DNA from: Isurus oxyrinchus
Taxonomy: Eukaryota
NCBI GenBank assembly: GCA_026770705.1
Contig: JANJGN010000006.1
Span: 39,246,001 to 39,310,000, forward strand
DNA length: 64,000 nt
Direction of reading: 5' to 3'
Shown here: positions 40,060 to 50,664 of the stretch, piece after piece
Numbering within the stretch: position 1 is the stretch's first letter
Layout of the letters: every line of letters begins with the position of its first letter
The notes under the pieces: model-generated
What the model was told of the DNA's origin: nothing
The model's database searches: none
Seen by the model: only the letters and a program-made list of their open reading frames with translations
Position numbers and translations under genes: made by a program

Positions 40060-40815
40060 AACAGGTGAAGCTAGCTGTTTCACATTGCTACTAAGCAGTA
40101 GCAACACAGGTGGTATTTGCCACAAACAGGATGCTGCCATCAAGCCAAAAAGACATTCTACCAATCACACAAATGAGTAATGTGGTATATGAAATGCGAT
40201 GCCAGTATGATACTAGGTAAGTAGGGCCCTCTGTCCCAAAGACTGGTGTATCGTACCAAACAGCACATCCCAGCCAATGTTCCCAATGGGCATGGTACAG
40301 ACTGTACCCAACCAGCCTCAAAACATAGTGTCCAATGTTAGGTGTTATTCTGTGATTGGACAACATTTGTTTAATAATCCTCAGTGTGCTAAGAATTAAT
40401 TTAAGATTGTCAGTCAGGCTTGCAGTGCAACACATTTGCATGTACTGAAAGCTACATATATTAGTGCACGGGGCCCTATTCTTTGCAGACAGAAATAACA
40501 TGTACACACATTGCTCCTGTTTCAGGTAAACAAAATAAGTGATGGCCATTCACTGGTTCATTCCGCAGGGCAATTCCTTGACCAATCAAAGTCAAGCTGT
40601 CTGGTTTAAATTTCAATCAATGCTTGGCAGTTAACAGTCAGTCACCATCAACCGGTGATTGCCTCTACTAATCAGCACTCTTTTCTCATACAATATAAGT
40701 TGTTGTTCCCTTTACATTTGATATTCTTGTAAATTGTCCTGATGAGTGCAAGATTAAAAGCTTTGACAAAAAATCTCTTTTATCAGCAATATTCAAGTTC
40801 TCTATAACCAAACAA
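40060..40815 (+). mobile_element. Penelope-like element 3' part (GIY-YIG endonuclease remnant plus terminal repeat with decayed hammerhead)
   Basis: Translation ...KDILPITQMSNVVYEMRCQYDTR*VG is GIY-YIG-like; downstream ttgtc-CTGATGA-gtgcaagat-tAAA-agcttt-gacaa at 40734-40770. Confidence 0.7.
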
Positions 40816-41064
40816 CTACCATAAATAGAAAAGGTAAATAAAAATGCACTATTTACTTGTAAACTATACTCTAATTCTGCTACAAAGAAATGGAGTCAAA
40901 ATGTAATGTTACAAAGGATGGAAAACTGATACTCTTTAAAAGAAACAGAGAAAAGGTATTTAGTCTGATACGAATGTGGTACAGATAAGTTCTTTCAAAC
41001 ATTGGCAGGCTTGCTTGAAATTAATTGAGTGATGATGCCAGACAACTGCTTGTGCCTGAACAAG

Positions 41065-42240
41065 ACTGTTTGCAAACTTGATGTCATATTTGACCCAAGA
41101 TGAGCTTCTAATCGTATATCCATGACATTGCTAAGATCACATACTTCCACCTCCATAAGATTGCCCTATTTTGACATATTCTCAGCTGATCTGCTGCTAA
41201 TATGCTTATCCATGCTTTTGTTATGCTTAGACTTGACTATTCCAACACACTCCTCATTAGACTCCTACATTCTAAGTTCCATAAACTTGGGATAATCAAA
41301 TCTTTGCTTCTTGTGTCCTAAGTTTCACTCATCACTCTTGTTCTTGCTGACACACATTGGCTCCAAATTAAACAATGCCTCAATTTTAAAAATCTCAACC
41401 TTGGGCAGGATTTTCAGCTAGGTGTGCAGGCACGCCCGAGTGTGAAATAGCATGCGATGACTTCGGCCAAGCGTCCCAATATCACTGTGGACAATGCAAC
41501 ATTTTGGTCCACAGACTCGTGTGAGAGTTGGCAGTGCGCCCACTGACAATTAAGAGGCCTATTAAGGCCCTTAAACTGGTAATTAAGTAGAATTTTTTGC
41601 TGCTCATCCAACTTTACAGTTGGCGGACAGGTGAATAGGCCAGGTGGCCTTTGCAGTTTTTGCGAAACCTTATCCACAGGCAGGATGAAGTTTCCAACAG
41701 TGAATAAAAGAACAGCAAAAATGTTTTAAACTTGTTTTTAACATGTCTCTGTTCATGTGACATTCACATGTGGGGACACGTTTCCCTTCTTCTTCAAATT
41801 TTTATTTTTGTACTTAAAATCTTCAGCTCCCTGAAGCAGCTCTGTGCCTTCAGGGAGCTTTCAGCACCCCCGTGCATGCATTAATTGGCCAGCCAGCGTG
41901 AAATTGCAGCTGAAGCCTGAATGCGGGCAGCAGGCCGTTTTGCAGCCACTCCAAGGCCCGCCCGCTGTGGCCACCCGGCGAGGGGAACATCCTCCCACTT
42001 GCTTTTCAAATCTCTGCATGACCATGTCACTTCCTAACCCTGTAATCTCCCCCAGCCCCATAATCCCACTGAGGTATCTGAGCTCATCTAATTCTATTTT
42101 CTTGAGCATCCCCTATTTTAATTGCTTGTTTTCTGTGCCTACAGCAGCCTAGGCCCTAAGCTCTGAAATTCCCTTCCTAAACTGCTCTGCCTTCCTACCT
42201 ATCTTTCTTCCTTTGAGATGATCATTAAAACCTATCTATT
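41065..42240 (+). mobile_element. L2 LINE 3' fragment interrupted by a MITE
   Basis: Translation VIFDPKMSF..ITYFHLHKIA...LIHAFVMLRLDYSNTLL; sequence resumes after 41997; same family on the minus strand at 45325-46060. Confidence 0.75.
41403..41997. mobile_element. PIF/Harbinger-like MITE, diverged family A relative
   Basis: TIRs gggcaggatttt / aacatcctccca; CTT/CTT TSD; retains the family A internal palindromes. Confidence 0.72.
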
Positions 42241-43669
42241 TTGTTCCCAGAGGGGCAATGGTAAACCAAAATAACCAAATTTATCAAATGATGCTCAAAG
42301 AAGAAATTACCAACAAGATTTCACTTCTTGTAACTTCAACTTAACACAAATAAGAATTAACGTAAATTAAAATGAATTAGCAGGCGAAAGATACTTCAAA
42401 TAAAAACATAAGTTTCACTTTAAATAGTCGATACAACAAAAAACAACTTACACAACCACAAGCATTATCTTTCACCATGTATAGGTAATTATTGGCTGCT
42501 ATGTTGTCTGCACTTGCAGCCTCACCCCTCACCTTGACATCGTGTGGGCTATGAAATCTGTTGAGTCTGTCAAACCAACCACGGCTTGCAAAAAAAGTTT
42601 TGCTGGTAGTAGACTTCTCACCTTCTTGCTGTTACGGGTTTACAGGTCATTAAACAGACATGTTAACAGGCATGATCCTTTGGTTCTGATCCTCAATCCT
42701 CAATCCACAAGCTCAATCATCATTCCTTATTTTCAAAGACACTGCACTTATTATGGATTTTTTTGTAGCACTTAAAGGAGTAGCACTTTCCCCACTAGCC
42801 TTTATTTTGTCTTTGTTCTTCTTGATGTTTCACATTGTTGTTAGCGGAAATCTAAGTGAACTCACTATGGTTGTTGGTTTCTCACCAGCATTGTCACATT
42901 GTAATATATTTGAGTTATGTTCCAAAGTAATGTTTCCCTCTTCCTTTTGGGAGTAGTCATTGTCACTTAATGCATGTTAGCTAGATATATTGAAACCTTT
43001 ACTCACATATTACAGGCTAAAATAATGATGCAAAATAAAGCAGAAGCAGTTAATGGACCTTGGACAATTTCAAATCTGTGTACATAAACTTGTCAGCGGA
43101 GTGAGTTTGCACACTGCACATGCACAGTGTGCCGTCGTCTCTGAGTCTACATAATGAGAATGTTATGAGGTGCTCACTTTCCCCGCCACAATGTCTGTTA
43201 CACAAAATTAACTTTAGGCACAAAATATAGGTTGCATATTTCCTAACCACGTTGTAATGGGGTGTGTAGTACATAAAATGAATAAATGGGTAGTAATTTG
43301 TTAAGTACTTAATAACAAAACTGTTATTCAAAGCTGCTTAGAACAGAGTATGGGTGTACTGAGGAAACTAAGAGAGGTGAGGGAGGCGGTCAGAAAAAGA
43401 AAGGAATGACCTCTTTTGCTTGGAGGGAAGTAAGGTTGCAAATAAGGAATAGCCTGCTGATTGGAGGAGAGCAAAAAGCAAAAGGATATTTTGGGGGAGG
43501 AGGGTCTCTCTTCGGAACTGGTACAGGAAAGGTTTGTGGAATTATCTCCTATTCAGGATAGAGATTTCTTGTGATTGAGATTCCTGGGAGGTGAAACAAG
43601 CAAAGATTTAAAGATATTTTGGGGATAAGTATGTCTTGCTCAATGGGAGATTGCAGAAGTACAAGGGGA

Positions 43670-45320
43670 AATCATGCTGATAAATTTATAAGAATTCTTT
43701 GAGATAACAAGCAGGATAGATAAAGGGGAACCAATAGATGTAATATATTTGGATTTCCAAAAGGCATTTGATAAGGTGCCACACATAAGGCTACTTAATA
43801 AGATGAGAGCCCAAGGTGTTATGAGTAGTATGTTAGCATGGATAGAGGATTGGCTAACTAATAGAATACAGAGAGTTGGGATAAGGGGGGCATTTTCAGG
43901 ATGCAGCTAGTGGAATGGCACAGGGATCACTGCTGGGGCCACAGTTATTTACAATATATCATTAATGACTTAGGTGAGGGAAGTGAATGTACTATCACCA
44001 CATTTGTGGATGACACAAAGATAGGTGGGAAGGCAAGTGGTGAGGATGACACAAATATTCTACAGAGGGATTTGGACAGGTTAAGTGAGAAGGCAGAAAC
44101 TTGGCAGATGGAATGTAATGTGGGAAAATGTGAGGTTATGCACTTTGGCAGGAAGAATAGAGAAGGTGTATATTATTTAAATGGAGAAAGACTGCAGAAA
44201 GCTGCAGCACAGAGGGATTTGGGGGTCCTTGTGCATGAATCACAAAAAACTAGCAAACAAGTTCAGCAGGTAATAGGGAAGGCAAATGGTACGTTGGCTT
44301 TTATTTCAAAGGGAATGAAGTATAAAAATAGGTAAGCCTTACTAAAACTATACATGGCACTAGTTAGACCACGTCTAGAACACCGAACAATTTTCGTCCC
44401 CTTTTCTAAGGAAAGATATATTGGCAATGCAGGCAATCCAGAGAAGGTTCTCTAGGTTGATCCCGGGTGCGGAAGGATTTTCGTATGAGCAGAGGTTCAA
44501 TAGGATGGGCATGTACTCAATGGAGTTTAGAAGAATGAGAGGTGACCTTACTGAAATATATAAAATTTTTAGGGGGTTTGACAGGGTAGATTCTGAAAGT
44601 TTGTCTCCCCTTGTGGAAGAGTCTAGGACCAGAGGGCATAATCTCAGAGTAAGGGGTCGCCCATTTAATAGAGAGATGAGGAGGAATTTCTTCTCTCAAA
44701 GGGTAGTGAATCTGTGGAATTCTTTCCATACAGGCTGGGTCGTTAAGTATATTGAAGGCTGAGATAGACAGATTTTTAATCAAGGCCTGAATTTTACCTT
44801 TGGTGGGTGTGCCTGATCGGCCTGGGAGCAGTCGGGAAATGGACCGCTGACCACAATCGGCCCTCGACCGCGATTTCACGCTGGTTGGCCAATTATTTTA
44901 TTTCGTAATAGAGATTTTGTCCCGCTCTTGGATGAGTTTTGATGAAAAATGCAAAGTCCACCTGGCCGATTTGCCAGTCCACCAACCGTAAGGTTGGACA
45001 GGCCACGGAAAATCGGAGACAATTGCACCTTTAATGGTCTTAATTGCCCTCTTAATTGTCGGTGGACGCACTTCCAACTTTTGCGTGTGCACGCCGAGCG
45101 AAATATCAGATGCTTGCCCAATGTCTTCTCACGCGATTTTATGCCCGATCAGGCCGGGCATGCGCCCACTCACAGGACATAAAATTATGCCTCGAGGGTT
45201 GTGGGGAAAAGGCAGGAAAGTGAAATTGAGGATTATCAGATCAACCATGATCTGATTGAATGGCGGAGCAGAACTCAATGGGCCAAATGGCCTACTTCTA
45301 CTCCTACGTCTTATGGTCTT
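43670..45320 (+). mobile_element. CR1 LINE 3' fragment interrupted by a MITE
   Basis: YLDFQKAFDKVPH, FVDDTKIGG, WQMECNVGKCEVMHFG, RRNFFSQRVVNLWNS; tail cctacttctactcctacgtcttatggtctta. Confidence 0.9.
44784..45192. mobile_element. Short PIF/Harbinger-like MITE (family A relative)
   Basis: TIRs ggcctgaatttt / aaaattatgcct; flanks CAA/CGA; shares aaccgtaaggttggacagg with family A. Confidence 0.65.
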
Positions 45321-45324
45321 AAGG

Positions 45325-46060
45325 CACTTCACAGGAGCAATAGAAAACAAAGTATGAAACCGAGCTGCATGAGGAAGTTTTAAGTCAGATGACCAAAGAT
45401 TTGGTCAAAGTAGTGGTTTTAAGAAGTGCTTTAAAGGACGAAAGCGAGGTAAAGAGGTGGAGAGGCGTAGGGAGGTTATTCCAGAACTTGGGCCTAGGCA
45501 ACTGAAGGTGAGACCACATTAGTGGAATGATTAAAATTGGGGATACAAAGTAAGCCAAAATTAGAGGAGCGCAGATATCTCAAATGGTTATGGGGCTGGA
45601 GGAGATTACCGAGATAGGCAGGGGCAAGGCCATAGAGGGATTTGAAGAATGAGAATTTTAAAATCTCATTGCTTGACCGGGAGGCAGTGTAGGTCAGCGA
45701 GTACATGGGTGATAGAAGAACAAGACTTGGTGTGAGTTAAGCTAGGGGCAGCAGAGTTTTGAATGAACTCAAGTTTACAGAGGGTAGAATGTGGGAAACC
45801 AGCCAGGAGTCTGTCAGAATAGTCAATCCAGAGATAACAAAGGCATGAAAGAGGGTTTCAGCAGCAAATGAGCTGAGGCAGGGGTGAAGTCAGATGATGC
45901 TACAGAGGTGAAAATAGGCTGTCTTAGTGATGGCACAAGTATGAAGGTCTCAGGGTCAAATGTGCCAGCAATGTTGCAAATAGACTGGTTTAATCTCTAA
46001 CTATCTCCTGGGAGAGGAGTGGAATCAGTATCTATGGAATAGACTTTGGAGCAGGGATTG
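45325..46060 (-). mobile_element. L2 LINE 3' fragment
   Basis: Minus strand encodes FKSLYGLAPAYLGNLLQPHNHLRYLRSS, an L2 ORF2 C-terminal motif. Confidence 0.75.
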
Positions 46061-46574
46061 AAAACAACACGTGTACTAAATAACTTACAGTTTGTATTCT
46101 GTAGAGCAACTAATTGGTACTTTGGGTCTGAAATTTGTTTTGTACTGTTTTTTGGGTAGGGTATGGTTGGTGGCTAAATAAACACAGCAGAGGCATGACT
46201 GAAATTGGACCTCAGACCTCATCAGATAATTCCAATGGACTGCATATGTCAGCTGGATATCTAGAGGCAGCTGTTAACTCCAATAATTTTATATAAGGGA
46301 AGAATGAATCTGAAGCTGGTCTTTTACCTCGAGCAAGTTTATTCTCCAGCCAGCTCAACAAAATGACAAGCTCCTAATTCCTTGCCCCAATGAAGTGTTA
46401 CAGCTGTGCCTATTTATTGGTGAGCCAATGCCCATCACCTGTTTTAACAATGCAATTATCTTAATGTATTTACCATACAATGTAATTGCCAGTCAACAAG
46501 ATGATTGTTACTGGACCTTGACAATGTAATTGCTGATACATTAACAACTCACAAGTTTGAAGGACAAATTTTTT

Positions 46575-48234
46575 GCTTGGCCTAAATAGCCAAGTGGTTA
46601 TGGTACTGGGTTTGTAACCCCAAGATCAAGAGTTCAAGTCTCGCAATGGCAAACTATGAAACAATGTGACTTCATCTGAAACAGATGGAAATGGGTTTGT
46701 GCTCGAAAGAGTATCAAGAGTTCAAATCTCACAATGGCAAAACTATCAAGAGTTCAAATCTCACAATGGCAAACTATGAAACAATATAACTTCATCTGAA
46801 ACAGATGGAAATGGGTTTGTACTCGAAAGAGTTACAACCTTCATCTTTAGCTTGGCCTAAATAGCCAAGTGGTTATGGTACTGGGTTTGTAACCCCAAGA
46901 TCAAGAGTTCAAATCTCACAGTGGCAAACCATGAAACAATGTAATTTCATCTGAAACAGATGGAAACTGGTTTGTACTCGAAAGAGTTACTGTCAATTCA
47001 GGATTCTTTGCTTGGCCTAAATAGCCAAGTGGTTATGGTACTGGGTTTGTAACCCCAAGATCGAGAGTTCAGATCTCACAATGGCAAAACTATGAAACAA
47101 TGTAACTTCATCTGAAACAGATGGAAACGGATTTGTACTCAAAAGAGTATCAAGAGTTCAAATCTCACAATGGCAAACTATGCAACAATGTAACTTCATC
47201 TGAAACAGATGGAAACAGGTTTGTACTCGAAAGAGTTACACTCCCTGTGCCTGCACTCATACCTTAGCTTGGCCTAAATAGCCAAGTGGTTACGGTACTG
47301 GGTTTGTAACCCCAAGATCAAGAGTTCAAATCTCACAATGGCAAACTATGAAACAATGTAACTGCATCTGAAACAGATGGAAACGGGTTTGTACTCGAAA
47401 GAGTTACACTGGTATTTTTGTGCCTATCTTGGCCGAGCGGTCTAAGATGCTGTGTTAAAAGAGCCATTTCGTTGGGGGCGTGGGCTCAAATCCCACAGTT
47501 CCAATGAGCTGCTGTTCGCGACGTATCACTAAATCGTTAGACGGGGAAGCTTCGGATGAAGTGTGCCGTGTTATATTTTGGGCTTGGCCTAAATAGCCAA
47601 GTGGTTACGGTACTGGGTTTGTAACCCCAAGATCGAGAGTTCAACTCTCGCAATGGCAAACTATGAAACAATGTAACTTCATCTGAAACAGATGGAAACG
47701 GGTTTGTGCTCGAAAGAGTATCAAGAGTTCAAATCTCACAATGGCAAAAACTATGAAACAATGTAACTTCATCTGAGACAGATGGAAACGGGTTTGTGCT
47801 CGAAAGAGTATCAAGAGTTCAAATCTCACAATGGCAAACTATGAAACAATGTAACTTCATCTGAAACAGATGGAAACGGGTTTGTGCTCGAAAGAGTATC
47901 AAGAGTTCAAATCTCACAATGGCTAACTATGAAACAATGTAACTTCATCTGAATAGGAACAGATGGAAACGTGTTTGTACTCGAAAGAGTTACATTTGAG
48001 CTTGGCCTAAATAGCCAAGTGGTTATGGTACTGGGTTTGTAACCCCAAGATCAAGAGTTCAAATCTCACAATGGTAGACTATGAAACTATGTAACTTCAT
48101 CTGAAACAGATGGAAACGGGTTTGTACTCAAAAGAGTTACATCTAAAAAAAAATAATCAAGAGTTCAAATCTCACAATGGCAAACAATGTAACTTCATCT
48201 GAAATAGATGGAAACGGGTTTGTGCTCGAAAGAG
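46575..48234 (+). mobile_element. Head-to-tail array of a 142-nt tRNA-headed SINE-like unit with unique spacers; single retro-insertion with a 15-bp TSD
   Basis: Full units start at 46575, 46850, 47010, 47267, 47582 and 48000 (gcttggcctaaatagccaagtgg...). A-box TAGCCAAGTGG, B-box GAGTTCAAATC, anticodon-like loop TTTGTAA. TSD ttgaaggacaaattt at 46557-46571 and 48235-48249. Confidence 0.85.
47420..47579 (+). pseudogene. tRNA-Leu-like head plus ~75-nt trailer ending in TTTT, embedded in the array
   Basis: tggccgagcggtctaag ... gggggcgtgggctcaaatcccac matches the D-arm, long variable arm and T-arm of vertebrate tRNA-Leu; acceptor and anticodon stems do not pair. Confidence 0.75.
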
Positions 48235-49269
48235 TTGAAGGACAAATTTCAACTGGCAGCAGCACTGAGGTATGTTCTGGTGAAGGGGGCGTGGGCTAAT
48301 ATGAGCTGTCAGTGGCACATTTGTCAGTGACTGTCGTGCACCCAGGAAGACCACTCCTATTTCCCCTCTGCTCAGCATCAAGGTAAGTTTAAAAGAAAAT
48401 ACTATTTTGGTTGTGTCTTCCAGCTGTCCCATTAAGGACCACTGCTTAGGCTACTGAAAACCCTAAACCCTGAGGAGACCGTCCTCCGTCCTATCAAATA
48501 TCTGACAGAAGTCCTAAAACAGGCGTATCTGGTTGCTCATTAACATATGCCTGTTTTGGGGTGGCCACCCTGAATGCTGGTATATCACCCATCCCAGTGT
48601 GGCACAAACATATTTCAGGAGCCCTTGAGTATGAGAGATGGCATTGGAAGATTGAAGCTTTTTGCTTCCATTTTATGTCCAATGAATAGGCATAGCAGAA
48701 TCCATTCACCCCCATTCCATTTTTTATCCATCATTTTTTGTGGTTCATTAGTAAGGTACAGAAAGCAAACCTGTGATGCAGCCTTCTGTATTTCCCTTTG
48801 TGCATCTTTTAATTCCTAATCATGTACTTTGCAAGCATGTTAAAGAAATCACTAAAACTAATGCAGAGAGGAAAATAATGGCGGATACATGTATATATTA
48901 AAATATCACACTTGTCAGGGAATTTGCCATAAGGTTGTAACATTTTATGTCTTTAATGCAATATGCCATGCTGTACTGCCTTGAAATATTAACATAGAAC
49001 ACTTAATAAATTTGCCCAAAATCTTTATCTCCACCGGTTTATAGGAAGTTTTCACTTCTTTAAAACAAGTGGGTTAAAGTCTTCAGTAAGGTAGTGAAGG
49101 GAGATTTTTTTTAGGTGAACATGTTCAAGTGTTCAGACATTAATATCCCAGAATGCAGTTTCAGGACCTTTATGTTAAAAAGAAACAACACAAAATCATG
49201 CTGCCAATATTTGGTTAATGGAACAAATAATTAGTGGTCATGTGTTCCCTTTATTGCTTGTTGTTACAG

Positions 49270-49520
49270 CAAAGCGATTTTGCAAGAACTCCAGTTCAGC
49301 CAGCAGCACGACGAGTAGCTATGCTCCCAGCAGTAGCAGCAGCAGTATCAGCTGTGGTGGAGGCAGCAGTGCCAGCAGCACCTCGAGCAAGAGCAGCTTC
49401 GACTACACGCATGACATGGAGGCAGCACACATGGCAGCCACGGCAATTCTGAATTTGTCCACCAGGTGCCGCGAGATGCCTCAGAACCTCTCGACCAAGC
49501 CTCAGGATCTGTGTGCTAGG
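49270..49520 (+). CDS. MYT1L: Myelin transcription factor 1-like, next coding exon (phase 1 start, phase 0 end)
   Basis: Encodes (A)[83 protein letters not shown]; acceptor ttgttacag and donor AGG|gtaagt; phase-compatible with the exon ending at 15285 (G+CA = Ala). Confidence 0.95.
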
Positions 49521-50664
49521 GTAAGTGACATCCCTTTCAAAGGTCCTTTCCCAGATTAGTTGACAGTCTATGGCTCCACCATCCATGCAAATATGTGTGT
49601 ACACGTATACAGGCCTAAGCACAAAGCAAACCCAAATAACACTGATCAATATAAAATGGCTTCATTGAAGAGAAGGGCAAGCTGTGTGCCTTGGTATGAA
49701 TATTGAATCTGACCCCGCGTTCTGTTAATCTGGAATCTTAACAGGTTTTTCAACAAAGCTTTTATATGGATAAGAATAGATGAATACAGTTTTAATTTGT
49801 CCTTTTTTGGATAATTCCAAGTTAGGATATCCATTTTATATTTTTGCTTATCAGTATGAGGGATACTAGTACTGGGAATCTAAGGGTGCAACTGTGCTAC
49901 CATTTTTGCATTGCAGATGTTTAGAATGGGGTCCCGACTTCACCATGCTATCTTCTGCCACATGGCATTGAGTAAAACTATATTATGGTGTAAAGTTCAG
50001 TTTAAAAAATGTTCAGAACTCTTGTGTACTTTATAAACTTAAGCATCCTCAACACCTTTAAAACTTACATGACAGGAAATGAAACTCTGCATGTACTAAT
50101 AAACAGAGAGCCTCTCCTAATGCAACATTCGGATTTGCATCCAGGCAATGTAAATAATGTAGCACTAGCTACCTACAGCCCTAACAGTTTTCCATTTCTG
50201 TCATCAGAGCCAGCATTAAGCTCTCTGAAATGCTTTAACCCCAGCCTCAAGAAGGACTCCTATTACACCAGTGTGAATTTTTCCATTTCTTACCCAAACC
50301 ATTTTTAAGACCTCCCTGACAGCTAATTTGTGCAATGGACTCACACCCATTAGGTGCTGTGTTGAGAGTGAACTAAGTAATTTTTCACTGGATCCTTATT
50401 AAAGCAGAAGACTTTTATTCTATCAGTTCTAAGAGAGATTGGGCATCTGCACTGACTAACCAGTCTGTCTGAAACCCTATTTTGAAATAATCCTTCACTC
50501 GCATTCCTGCACTTAATTACTTTAAATAAGCTTTTTCCTTTCATTTCTTCAAATTCCATTATCTAAGAAATGTGTTTCGTGCTTCTCTTTCAGTGGCATT
50601 AAAATTGAAGATTGAGGCATAGTTGATTATAAGAAAAAATAAGCTGAAATAAAAAGCACAGCTC

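Noticed and set aside
46580-46651. Functional tRNA-Thr(TGT) gene cluster
   Set aside because: Only the D-stem pairs fully; acceptor, anticodon and T stems have about 3 pairs each, consistent with a SINE-like head.
47356-47408. Hammerhead ribozyme in the array unit
   Set aside because: A three-way junction with GAAA is present, but there is no CUGANGA core on either strand.
46575-48234. True CRISPR array
   Set aside because: Eukaryotic intron, no cas genes, 142-nt repeats with Pol III boxes and spacers from 5 to ~170 nt; the resemblance is architectural only.
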